A DNA stretch of 64,000 bases from an uncultured Candidatus Saccharibacteria bacterium. Lineage in GTDB: Bacteria > Patescibacteriota > CAZHWT01. A program made the position numbers and the translations under genes. The stretch lies in NCBI GenBank assembly GCA_964597145.1, contig CAZQWH010000002.1, positions 113,232 to 177,231 of the forward strand, read 5' to 3'. Every line of letters starts with the position of its first letter. Position 1 is the stretch's first letter. The notes beneath the pieces were generated by a model. It saw nothing but the letters and a program-made list of their open reading frames with translations. It did not search any database and was not told the origin of the DNA. Positions 17,585 through 26,509 of the stretch are shown one piece after another.

Positions 17585-19687
17585 ATGACCTTTGATACTC
17601 CAGTATCGGTGCTCCCTTTTGTCGGAACTAAGTACACGCAACTATTAGACAAATTAGGCATTCGGACCGTTGGCGATTTACTCTATCACTTGCCACGCAA
17701 ATACATCGATTTATCTCAAATTACGCCCATTAACCTCCTGGTTTTGGACGAATTACAAGTTATTGAGGCCCGAGTAATCTCAGTTAAAGCCGTCCGCCTC
17801 CGAGGCGGTAAAATCATGGTGACCGCCAAGGCAGAGGACAATAGCGGCACACTACAGTTAATCTGGTTTAACCAACCGTATATCGAAAAATCGCTCGTCG
17901 TTGGTCAAACATATCGTTTTGCTGGCGAGGTTGAGGAGAAATATGGTAAATGGCAAATGATTAGCCCACAAGCTGAGCTAGCTAGCAAGCCACCAGTTCA
18001 TACCGGACGCCTAGTACCAATCTACAATCAAACTGCCGGCATCTCTTCCAAGTGGCTGCGCGCTCGAATTGCCCCATTACTATCTAAAATTCCAACCATC
18101 CACCCCGAGTTTCTACCCACCTCCACCCTAGAACGACAGTCTTTAATCCCACTACCGCAAGCTTTGCGCACCATTCATGCTCCCAAATCTCAGACAGACG
18201 CCGAGCAAGCCAAACAGCGTTTAGCCTTTGATGAGCTAGTCTTACTTCAACTGGCAGCTTTAAATCGTAAATCTAATTGGCAACAAGGACGGGCTGCGCC
18301 GGAGCTAGGAATTGAGAGATCGGAGTTAAAAGAAATAATTTCACAACTTCCATTCGAACTAACCAATTCACAACACAAAGTCCTGAACGAAATCCTACAA
18401 GATATGGCCGCCACTAAACCAATGAACCGGCTACTCGAGGGTGATGTCGGTTCGGGCAAAACCATTGTCGCTCTACTCAGCGCCTTAGTAGCAGTTAAAA
18501 ACGGGTACCAGGTGGCAGTGATGGCTCCCACCTCAGTTCTAGCCCAGCAACACTATTTATCATTTCAATCTATGATTGAAATGATAGGAGGGGGCGAGAT
18601 TATCAGTCATTCTGGAGCGAAACAGAGTGAAGAGATAGAATCTCGAGATCCTATCAGTCAGCACGCCTCCTTCCGGGATGACAAACGCATCACCATCTCC
18701 CTGCGCACTGCTAAGTCTAAGATGGAGGCAGCCAATATTACCATTGGCACCCATGCCTTAATTTCAGAGGGGCTGCAATTTAGCAACTTAGGTCTGGTGA
18801 TTATTGATGAGCAGCATCGGTTTGGAGTAGAGCAGCGCGCTACGCTGATGGCTAAGGCTAGCCAGGCAGTGCACTTGCTAACCATGACCGCTACTCCCAT
18901 TCCTCGCACTCTCGCCTTAACAGCCTACGGAGATTTGGAAGTATCAATTATCGACCAAATGCCAGTGGGCAGAGTACCAATTAAAACCCACATCGTGCCA
19001 GCCCACAAACGGGCTGATATGTATGGCTTTATGGCTCAAGCTCTAGGTAGAGGAGAGCAGGCCTATATTATTTGTCCCCTCGTTGAGGAATCGGATAACC
19101 TGCAAAGCGTGCGGGCAGCTACCACTGAGTATGAACGATTAACTAAAATTTTCCCCCAGCATCGCCTAGGATTATTGCATGGTCGCATGAAACCAGCCGA
19201 AAAAGATCAGATTTTAGCTGGCTTTAAAGATCATGCCTATGATGTATTAATAGCCACCCCAGTAGTAGAAGTAGGCATTGATGTTCCCAACGCCACCATT
19301 CTCCTAGTCGAAGGGGCAGAGCGATTTGGTTTGGCCCAATTACACCAGCTCCGAGGTCGAGTTGGACGCGGGTCTGCTCAATCCTATTGCTTCTTGCTTA
19401 GCGATAGTACCGCCGCCGAAGATTCAAGGCGCTTGCGGCATATAGAACATGAGCATAGTGGCATTAGGTTAGCCGAGATTGACCTAAAAACTCGTGGACC
19501 AGGTGAAGTGTACGGCCTGCGCCAGAGTGGACTGCCCGAACTCAAGGCAGCTAACTTTTTTGATGTAGAGCTGATTGAGCGCAGTCGGCAAGAAGCCGAG
19601 AAATTATGGCAGGATAATCTAGCCCAAACCCACCAACCCCTCCAAGCCAAGCTTAAGTCCGCTACAAAGCAAATTGAACTTAATTAA
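17585..19687 (+). CDS. recG: ATP-dependent DNA helicase RecG
   Basis: Wedge/OB N-domain, helicase motifs (GDVGSGKT, DEQHRFG, QLRGRVGRG). Promoter TTGACC-17-TATAAC ends 6 nt before the ATG, so probably leaderless. Confidence 0.9.
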   Translation: MTFDTPVSVLPFVGTKYTQLLDKLGIRTVGDLLYHLPRKYIDLSQITPINLLVLDELQVIEARVISVKAVRLRGGKIMVTAKAEDNSGTLQLIWFNQPYIEKSLVVGQTYRFAGEVEEKYGKWQMISPQAELASKPPVHTGRLVPIYNQTAGISSKWLRARIAPLLSKIPTIHPEFLPTSTLERQSLIPLPQALRTIHAPKSQTDAEQAKQRLAFDELVLLQLAALNRKSNWQQGRAAPELGIERSELKEIISQLPFELTNSQHKVLNEILQDMAATKPMNRLLEGDVGSGKTIVALLSALVAVKNGYQVAVMAPTSVLAQQHYLSFQSMIEMIGGGEIISHSGAKQSEEIESRDPISQHASFRDDKRITISLRTAKSKMEAANITIGTHALISEGLQFSNLGLVIIDEQHRFGVEQRATLMAKASQAVHLLTMTATPIPRTLALTAYGDLEVSIIDQMPVGRVPIKTHIVPAHKRADMYGFMAQALGRGEQAYIICPLVEESDNLQSVRAATTEYERLTKIFPQHRLGLLHGRMKPAEKDQILAGFKDHAYDVLIATPVVEVGIDVPNATILLVEGAERFGLAQLHQLRGRVGRGSAQSYCFLLSDSTAAEDSRRLRHIEHEHSGIRLAEIDLKTRGPGEVYGLRQSGLPELKAANFFDVELIERSRQEAEKLWQDNLAQTHQPLQAKLKSATKQIELN

Positions 19688-19825
19688 ACTAATTTTTTAT
19701 TGCACAAGGGTCGGACCCTCTTATAGGGTCCGACCCTCAGGAACAGCGAGCTATTCGCAAGCCTAGCCATTAGCGTGAGGAAGTGTTAAGGTAACAACGA
19801 TTATCGTAGCAATGAACTACGCGCA

Positions 19826-19855
19826 GGCTAATAATCAACAAGTTGATTATTAGCC
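19826..19855. promoter_or_regulatory. 30-bp perfect inverted repeat GGCTAATAATCAAC-AA-GTTGATTATTAGCC adjacent to a -10-like TATAGT/TTATACT (putative operator)
   Basis: 14-bp arms with a 2-bp centre, located about 55 nt upstream of the TTG start at 19908. Confidence 0.5.
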
Positions 19856-19907
19856 TATAGTATGTTATACTATTCCAACTTATCCGTCTTCACAGGAGAG
19901 GTTCGTC

Positions 19908-20249
19908 TTGAAAAACATGGCGAAGAGTTTTTGTGCATGTTGTGGGTACCACAAGCGGTTTAAGGCGCAGATGCGCCGATATTTCGAGATTGAGCGACAG
20001 GAGGCAAGCGAGAAGGGTGTTGAGGTTGGAGACTTTACTCTTAATCTCTCGCCGATCCCCCGTCCCAACTGGAAGCCAGTGAGCAATCCGCGCCGAACCG
20101 ATCGGTTCCTTCAGGGCTTGAATGCCAAGGGAGAGCTGGTCACACCGCACAACCTCAAGTTGCAGTGCAAGAAGCGGAGCATCCGACGGAATGCGGCTGC
20201 TCGGCGCAAGCATCTGCGCCAGAATGGCGAATTGCCCTACATGCAGTAG
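19908..20249 (+). CDS. hypothetical basic protein (GC-rich patch)
   Basis: AGGAGAGG RBS 8 nt before the TTG start. N-terminal CACCGYHKRF cysteine cluster. Arginine/lysine-rich. Confidence 0.45.
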   Translation: MKNMAKSFCACCGYHKRFKAQMRRYFEIERQEASEKGVEVGDFTLNLSPIPRPNWKPVSNPRRTDRFLQGLNAKGELVTPHNLKLQCKKRSIRRNAAARRKHLRQNGELPYMQ

Positions 20250-20315
20250 TTCGAGCTATCCGCTGCCTAGCCACCTTATACCAAAGGGGTGGCTAGGCGA
20301 GGCTGGAGGATAAAT

Positions 20316-20489
20316 ATGAACGGCGCATTTGAGAACCGCACCGCTCGGCGCGACCAAAAGCGCCACCAACGCCGTCACGGTCAACGTGGCGGAACTGGCA
20401 AGCGATCCAAGCTGATCCAAGATCTTTGGATTAAGCGGGGTAAAGAGGCAGAGAAAAGAACAGCATCACAGCAGCCTACCAGCACGTAG
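20316..20489 (+). CDS. hypothetical highly basic 57-aa protein
   Basis: GGAGGA RBS 7 nt before the ATG. Arg/Lys/Gln-rich. Stop embedded in the perfect terminator GCAGCCTAC-CAGCAC-GTAGGCTGC plus T-run (20471..20504). Confidence 0.45.
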   Translation: MNGAFENRTARRDQKRHQRRHGQRGGTGKRSKLIQDLWIKRGKEAEKRTASQQPTST

Positions 20490-20769
20490 GCTGCTTTTTC
20501 TTTTACCATTTTCAATGCTTAAATAACCTCAGTTATTCCAATGTAGTAAATTGTATATTGCTAAGAGCGTCCAATTAGCACCCATATACTTGTATCACCC
20601 ATAACACACCACAAGGTCTAAACGACCATAATCATAATCATATTATTCAAACGTATTGGCAATTGAATTATGATTAAGTGACATGAGGGCGTGTGATAAG
20701 CTGAGATTGACTTTTCCTTGGCATGTAGGGTATAAGACAAGGGCTTATTGTCTTAGTAGGAGTGGCGAC

Positions 20770-21075
20770 ATGCTCAACGTGACTCTCGAGGTGCCAGTAA
20801 CGATCCGCGGTCAAGCAATCTGTGATTTCTGCAAGCAAGCAGAACATCTAGATCAGACTATTTCGGTTTCGCTGGAGGAGATAAAAGACGGCGTCACACT
20901 TTCCCACGTTTTGCCAGATGGTTGGGATCGAGTCTACAAAAGATGGTGGAACACCGACGATTATGGCAGTGGCGGAGTAAACTCCCGAGATCGATGCACA
21001 AAATGCATAACTAAGCACGCCGGGATCAGTGAGGGCTGGGATCCAAATTGGAAAAAGGTAGCTGCTTCGCATTAA
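20770..21075 (+). CDS. hypothetical CxxC...CxxC zinc-ribbon-like protein
   Basis: AGGAG RBS 7 nt upstream of the ATG at 20770. ICDFC and RCTKC pairs. Promoter-like TTGACT-18-TATAAG upstream. Confidence 0.45.
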   Translation: MLNVTLEVPVTIRGQAICDFCKQAEHLDQTISVSLEEIKDGVTLSHVLPDGWDRVYKRWWNTDDYGSGGVNSRDRCTKCITKHAGISEGWDPNWKKVAASH

Positions 21076-21171
21076 GCTCTACCCAGCCAATGCCATACCT
21101 GCCTTCTTGGCCAATCAATTCCAATGGCACTCTCAATGAGTGCCATTTTTCTATCTTAAAGTTTTAACCAA

Positions 21172-21213
21172 CACGTTTAACCTCAAAGGTTAAATAGCTT
21201 TGAACCTAGGCTG
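21172..21213. repeat. intergenic nested-palindrome repeat (TTAACC..GGTTAAA plus TTGAACCTAGG module)
   Basis: 30 nt near-identical to 1766..1796. Shares ACGTTTAACC with 11687..11696. Confidence 0.7.
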
Positions 21214-21416
21214 CCCGATCTGATGTTTCAGTAATCCACCTCAGTTAATTCCTAATAAGTTATATTTAAATATAACTTATTCCAATCAAATTGGGGTGCT
21301 TCAACACTTCTCTCTCAGTGTTATACTATGCGCAATCCCATCGCGTAATGGGTGGGCAACCACATTAATCTCCACTACTCAACCTGGAGATGGAGATTAA
21401 ACAGAGAGGTGTAGAG

Positions 21417-21680
21417 ATGAACAAGCAGAGCAACCCGGGTCAATCAGGTACGCCCAGTTCTCAGGAGGACCCTTTAAGTTTCCTACACGACAGCCAAAGT
21501 TTGGAAGAGCTGAGGGCTGAAGTAGGTGATTTTACTCCAGGAGAGCAGATTGCAGTCGAACTAGCCCGATTCATTGCCAATCTACCAGTCCAACAGAAGG
21601 CTAGATTCAACCAAGAATGCCCAAATCTAGTGGAGCGGATTCTGATTGCGACCGCCCAACCGAATGAGAGCAGCCAATAA
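21417..21680 (+). CDS. hypothetical protein
   Basis: RBS AGAGAGGTG upstream. Terminator-like hairpin CCCCCTGGC-N8-GCTAGGGGG plus TTTT at 21699..21728. Confidence 0.4.
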   Translation: MNKQSNPGQSGTPSSQEDPLSFLHDSQSLEELRAEVGDFTPGEQIAVELARFIANLPVQQKARFNQECPNLVERILIATAQPNESSQ

Positions 21681-21838
21681 CCTGGCGACTAAAAAGCACC
21701 CCCTGGCTTTAAAAAGCTAGGGGGTTTTACCAAAAGTGGCGCCACCATAGCTTCTCCAGTCTTTCCGGACAGCTCGCTCTTAAAGCCTACTGGCTGCAAC
21801 GTATTGTAAAGCTGTAGAGATTAACTATCTATCAGACA

Positions 21839-22237
21839 CTAGAAAGACGGGAAGTCAATCAAGACAAGCCGGCTAAGAATATTCCAAAAGCCAATATAGG
21901 ACAGCACCATGGCCATCAATAGCGCCAATACTAGGTACGACTTGGCGCGGGTAATAATTTGTTCGGCATGATTAATTTGAGCGGCACGCTGCCTCATATG
22001 TCGAGCCACCAGGTAGCCAATAATAACCCAGAGGATAACCGCCACGACCAAGGAGAAGATGAATATGAGAAATGCCCCACCAGCGTCAGCGAGTCCATTG
22101 TTCGTTAAAAAGATTTCGCTCAATATTCCATCTAACAACCAAACGGTAATTGCCGGTATAATAGATTGCAAGATCGTTAGGATAAGTAGTGATAGAAAAA
22201 AGTATCCTAAGTTTGCCCGTAATTGCTTGCGTGTCAT
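21839..22237 (-). CDS. hypothetical integral membrane protein (about 4 TM)
   Basis: Hydrophobic helices throughout. Downstream of the DUF1697 gene in the same orientation. Confidence 0.5.
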   Translation of the reverse strand: MTRKQLRANLGYFFLSLLILTILQSIIPAITVWLLDGILSEIFLTNNGLADAGGAFLIFIFSLVVAVILWVIIGYLVARHMRQRAAQINHAEQIITRAKSYLVLALLMAMVLSYIGFWNILSRLVLIDFPSF

Positions 22238-22295
22238 AGCCGTAATTATACCTCTTACCCAAGATAAATCACACTAATAATTTTAGTACTGGTGG

Positions 22296-22844
22296 CTATT
22301 GTATGGTGTTGTGCATAAGAGCAGCCAGCTTACGGACGGTGTTGATGTTGCGGGCAGTGGATTTTTTATAGACCTCAGTACCAATGAGCTTAAGCATACC
22401 AGATTTATGTATATTTTCACGTATAACATGCCAAACTAGTGCGCCGGGAAAATAAAGGATTTCATCAATACCGGGTTTTATAGTCAGTTTTTGCACTATT
22501 TGGGGTGAATCAATTTCTGGCCAGAGGAAAAGCACATCACACTTTTGAGTTTTACTATCGTTTATCCATTCAGCTGGAACTTGGCCGACAATATGATCGA
22601 TAACTCCACGCTCTACAACCACCACTTTCACCGGGAATCCAAATTGAGACTCGATGGCTTGCTCTATGACAGAGGAGAGCTCAATCGTCTTAGTACCTTC
22701 TGTCGAAAATATGACATTCCCAGAGTTAATGTAGGTCGCGACTTGGGTGTAGCCCAGGCCTTCGAATAGGATTTTTAGCCGAGACATCTCGACTTTATTA
22801 TTTCCACCAACATTTATACCTCGAAGTAGAGCGGCGTAGAGCAT
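22296..22844 (-). CDS. DUF1697 family protein
   Basis: N-terminal LLRGINVGGNNKV hallmark of DUF1697. Confidence 0.7.
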   Translation of the reverse strand: MLYAALLRGINVGGNNKVEMSRLKILFEGLGYTQVATYINSGNVIFSTEGTKTIELSSVIEQAIESQFGFPVKVVVVERGVIDHIVGQVPAEWINDSKTQKCDVLFLWPEIDSPQIVQKLTIKPGIDEILYFPGALVWHVIRENIHKSGMLKLIGTEVYKKSTARNINTVRKLAALMHNTIQ

Positions 22845-22850
22845 TGTATT

Positions 22851-23138
22851 TTAGTAGATATCAAATGGGGCAAATTGAACCTCATCAATATAGCACCACA
22901 TCCAGTCTTCATCGGGCTCAAAAGATTGGATAATCGGGTGCTGGGTTTGGTGAAAGTGTTGGGTGGCATGTCGATTCTTAGAATTGTCACAGCAGCCAAC
23001 ATGACCACATTCCATACACAAACGCAAATGCACCCAGGCATCGCCAGACTCTAAACACTCCTGGCAACCGTTGGGTGTTGCCGGGGCTACATCGTGTATC
23101 CGATCCAGATGAGTGCAGTGTACATCCATAACCTCCAT
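22851..23138 (-). CDS. UBP-type zinc-finger domain protein
   Basis: CTHLD...CQECL...WVHLRLCMECGHVGCCDNSKNRHATQHFHQTQHPI matches the bacterial zf-UBP pattern. Confidence 0.7.
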   Translation of the reverse strand: MEVMDVHCTHLDRIHDVAPATPNGCQECLESGDAWVHLRLCMECGHVGCCDNSKNRHATQHFHQTQHPIIQSFEPDEDWMWCYIDEVQFAPFDIY

Positions 23139-23351
23139 AGTAATACATTGACGGTTAATTGCAATATATGGCTGTATTTCGACTATCTCAGGCAGAGCGC
23201 TCGTATCAAACCTTTATTTCTGTTCAAAAACCAACTGCTTTTGACTTAATCAGAGCCTGGGCCAAATTATTTACATTTAACCTATAGTTTAGTAGAATAT
23301 CAACTCAATTCGGCGACGAGTCGAATTTGCAAAAAATCAAGGGAGAGTGGC

Positions 23352-23903
23352 ATGGACACGCGGATACTAACCTTTACCCACGACGTTTCAGCGGAGTCGG
23401 TGACCGAGCTGTTATTGCAGCTACAAAAGCCTAGCGCGCCACGCCGAGTTATGATTGCCTCGGATGGGGGAACCTTCGGGTTCTTCTCGGCACTAGGTCC
23501 AGCAGTCCAGCGGTGCGGCATTACGACATTAGCCGGCGACGTCGCTTCATCGGCCTTGATACTGTATTTGCTAGGCCATCATCGGCAAGCCCTACCGGAA
23601 TCGACTTTCTTCTTTCATGAAGTTAGAGCTATCATTGGGCCCCATGGTGAAATCTCGGTGACCGACATGGAAGGCTACCTCAGTTTGGTCAACGAGCTAT
23701 CGCTGCTGCATGGCAGCGAGGTTCTCGAGCAGTACCTGGAGAAAATGCAATCGGCTCAACGATGGTTCGTATCATACTTGGCCAGCTTGACGGGAGTGCC
23801 AACTGGCACCTTCTTGAATCTGATGCGCGAGGAAGTAACACTGTCGGCTCGAGAGGCCCGTCAACACAACATTGTCCACCAGATCGTTAGTAGCCCATAC
23901 TAG
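23352..23903 (+). CDS. ClpP/crotonase-fold (S14-like) serine peptidase family protein, divergent and standalone
   Basis: Alignable by eye to ClpP. IASDGG matches INSPGG, GDVASSA matches GQAASMG (candidate catalytic Ser), HEV matches HQP. Own promoter, and a strong terminator GCGCCTTGGAGT-N5-ACTCCAAGGCGC plus T-run at 23927..23963. GC-rich. Confidence 0.55.
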   Translation: MDTRILTFTHDVSAESVTELLLQLQKPSAPRRVMIASDGGTFGFFSALGPAVQRCGITTLAGDVASSALILYLLGHHRQALPESTFFFHEVRAIIGPHGEISVTDMEGYLSLVNELSLLHGSEVLEQYLEKMQSAQRWFVSYLASLTGVPTGTFLNLMREEVTLSAREARQHNIVHQIVSSPY

Positions 23904-24084
23904 ACAAACGAACAAGGGCAGAGCAGCGCCTTGGAGTACCTAACTCCAAGGCGCATTTTATTTGATAGGCCACAAAACTTATTAAGGCAGCACAATCGAT
24001 CTGATAATTTTCTGGAATGGTATAATGCGTGGACTGCTCACCATATGGGGTGGGCTGTATCGTTTGTCGTAGTAGGAGAAGAAC

Positions 24085-24357
24085 ATGGCTCAAGACGCAC
24101 CGCAAGGTGCTGCTCAACCAACCGATGCGAACATTGAGGATTTGGTACAAGTCAAGGTTGTGACTGGCGCAGGTAATAGCCAGGTGATCGGTTCCCTTGA
24201 GTCCGAACTTAACCGAGAGTTGAAGCGTTTACGCCAACAAGGCCACCACATTGTCGGCATTAGTTTAGGCAGCGCAGGGGAATTGGCTGGCGGTTACGGC
24301 GTGGTGGAGGGTATAGCAGCCATCATCTATCAGCCTAAAGTCCAGCCCAAGGAGTAA
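24085..24357 (+). CDS. hypothetical small protein
   Basis: Extended -10 promoter TGGTATAAT upstream. AGGAGAAG RBS. 90 aa, Gly/Val-rich. Confidence 0.45.
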   Translation: MAQDAPQGAAQPTDANIEDLVQVKVVTGAGNSQVIGSLESELNRELKRLRQQGHHIVGISLGSAGELAGGYGVVEGIAAIIYQPKVQPKE

Positions 24358-24362
24358 GCCAG

Positions 24363-24644
24363 ATGGCCGAAACAAACACCAAGAGTGCAGCGATCTCTGA
24401 GGCAGATGAAGGTGGAGCTACCGACAGTGGCTTGACTGATATCCATTTACACACCTCTGGAGGAGACGCGACCATTCAGTACGATCCAAGCACACTGGAG
24501 GTTGACGCCGACATTGGAGTAGTCTGCACCACCCTGCAGATTTTACGAGATATGGGGATACTGGCCGATGCCACCATTGTCTTGCGCACTCAAGATGGCA
24601 TTGAAACCCAGTTTATCTTAAGTGAAGTAGAGCTGGTTGACTAG
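24363..24644 (+). CDS. hypothetical small acidic protein
   Basis: 6-nt spacing after the previous ORF. Hairpin TTCCAGTGC...GCACTGGAA at 24652..24690. Confidence 0.45.
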   Translation: MAETNTKSAAISEADEGGATDSGLTDIHLHTSGGDATIQYDPSTLEVDADIGVVCTTLQILRDMGILADATIVLRTQDGIETQFILSEVELVD

Positions 24645-24777
24645 CTTATTTTCCAGTGCTCACTCCAGTTGGAGTAGGCACTGGAAATAAATTTAATTCC
24701 GAGCAGACAGCTGTAGAATATACATGCAAATATATCTACCATCTCACTAAACCTTACCCAGGTGTTATAATACCCCC

Positions 24778-25347
24778 ATGAGAATTACTGGTGGTACATC
24801 CCGCGGGTTTAATTTACGCGTTCCCCAAATTACCGATATCCGTCCGGCTCAGGAAATGGTCCGTTTAGCCGTGTTTTCGATTTTAGCCGAAGAAATCCAA
24901 GGCGCAAGCGTGTTAGACCTATACGCCGGATCTGGGTCGTATGGCTTAGAGTCATTATCTCGCGGTGCCGCCCATGCAACCTTTGTCGATAGTAACCCCT
25001 TATCCATTGAAGCCATAGAAGTTAATTCAAAGAATGCCAAGTTTTGGGGCAAAACCACTACCGTTAAATTTGATGCCATTCGCTATTTAGCTGAATCGCA
25101 TGAGACCTTCGATATAATTTTTGTCTGCCCACCGTATTCATACGGTATTCCCTCAGCCCTCCTATATAATATTGCCGACAGCCTTAGCCCAGGCGGAGTA
25201 GTAGTTTTTGACCACGCCAAAACCTCGGTTCTAGATACCAAGAACTTAGAAGGACTGGAGATTGTTGACCAGCGAAGCTATGGCGCCACTGGGGTTAGTT
25301 TCCTACGGCACGCCAGCACCAGCCAGGCTGAGGGAGCGAGCGATTAG
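24778..25347 (+). CDS. rsmD: 16S rRNA (guanine966-N2)-methyltransferase RsmD
   Basis: SAM-binding LDLYAGSGSYGLE motif and the (D/C)PPY motif (FVCPPY). Confidence 0.85.
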   Translation: MRITGGTSRGFNLRVPQITDIRPAQEMVRLAVFSILAEEIQGASVLDLYAGSGSYGLESLSRGAAHATFVDSNPLSIEAIEVNSKNAKFWGKTTTVKFDAIRYLAESHETFDIIFVCPPYSYGIPSALLYNIADSLSPGGVVVFDHAKTSVLDTKNLEGLEIVDQRSYGATGVSFLRHASTSQAEGASD

Positions 25348-25548
25348 CATCTAGTATCTGGTAAAACAGGATATAGTGCACCCTGCAAGATGCTACATAT
25401 AAATAGCTAAATACTAACTCGCCTTTGGTAAGTTGACAGATAGAGGTCCTATAGCTTATACTCAGCCCTGCTTTGTGATCTGAAGTAATTGATGCAGATC
25501 ATAATAATGTGATAAAATTTGACTATTCTGTTAGAGGAATTTTGACCC

Positions 25549-25737
25549 ATGGGTGCACAACCAAAACGAAAAATCGGAAATGTTCAACAGCAAGTCCGAC
25601 GGGCCGCCAAGAAGCTAGAATTACAGCAACTTGCCACTTGCAGTCATTGTCAGCAGCCAGTCCGGCCACACCGCATGTGTGCCAGCTGCGGCTACTACAA
25701 AGGCAAGCCAGTTATGTCAGTTGAACATAGTCATTAA
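25549..25737 (+). CDS. rpmF: 50S ribosomal protein L32
   Basis: MGAQPKRKIGN... with the C..C...C..CGYY zinc-ribbon. Confidence 0.85.
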   Translation: MGAQPKRKIGNVQQQVRRAAKKLELQQLATCSHCQQPVRPHRMCASCGYYKGKPVMSVEHSH

Positions 25738-25808
25738 AATACTGTTTATAACCACTTAAGAGGAGAGGTTATTTTGCACCTTACATGCGAAGCCTATAAA
25801 GCATACGT

Positions 25809-26255
25809 ATGAAGACAAAACAAGATCCGAGGCATATTGCCCGACAAGTTGCATTAATGGCATTGTTTGAGTGGAGCTTTCACTCAGACGATACTGTGGG
25901 TATTATTGAGCATGTGTTAGCGTCGCAGGACGCGGAAATAGAAACAGACACTGCTTTAGTCACGCACTTAGTTAATGGAGCCATCGATCATTTAGAAGAC
26001 TTAGATGCCCGGATAACGGCTGCAGCTCCAGAATGGCCCAGAGACCAGATCGCCAAGATCGATATCTGCATTTTGCGTTTAGCCGGCTATGAGTTGCACC
26101 ACACTAAAACACCGCAGAAGGTAATTATCGACGAAGCAGTAGAGCTAGCCAAGGAATATGGCGGCGATACTTCTTCCAAATTTGTAAACGGAGTGCTCGG
26201 CACTCTAGCCAAGGACATTACAACCAAACAACAGGTAACCAACCAGGAATCATAA
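25809..26255 (+). CDS. nusB: transcription antitermination factor NusB
   Basis: RHIARQVALMALFEWSF N-terminus typical of NusB. About 148 aa. Confidence 0.8.
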   Translation: MKTKQDPRHIARQVALMALFEWSFHSDDTVGIIEHVLASQDAEIETDTALVTHLVNGAIDHLEDLDARITAAAPEWPRDQIAKIDICILRLAGYELHHTKTPQKVIIDEAVELAKEYGGDTSSKFVNGVLGTLAKDITTKQQVTNQES

Positions 26256-26261
26256 ACTGCC

Positions 26262-26507
26262 ATGAATCAAACCATTGAGCAAATAAACCACTACGTAGCC
26301 GAATCCTTTGGATATGAAGTGGATGAAGTCCAACCAGATTATGATTTGCGTGGCGATTTTAATGCCAGTGAATTAGAATTATCCGATTTAATCGCCTTGC
26401 TGGAGACGGTGTTTGAGATTGAAATTTCGGCTGAAGAAGTGCGTCGACTAACCACAGTGAGCGACTTGCACGAGCTTATCATGGATAAGCTCAACGAAGT
26501 AAGTTAA
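26262..26507 (+). CDS. acyl-carrier-protein-like small acidic protein
   Basis: 81 aa, acidic. The DFNASELELSDL segment resembles the ACP helix-II DSL region. Located immediately upstream of rnc, as acpP-like genes are in some genomes. Confidence 0.45.
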   Translation: MNQTIEQINHYVAESFGYEVDEVQPDYDLRGDFNASELELSDLIALLETVFEIEISAEEVRRLTTVSDLHELIMDKLNEVS

Positions 26508-26509
26508 TT

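Noticed and set aside
19880-20313. Minus-strand ORFs 19880..20086 and 19890..20213, and plus ORF 20122..20313, overlapping the basic-protein cassette
   Set aside because: The GC-rich sequence yields open frames in several phases. Only 19908..20249 and 20316..20489 have RBSs at the correct spacing and are bracketed by the operator and the terminator.
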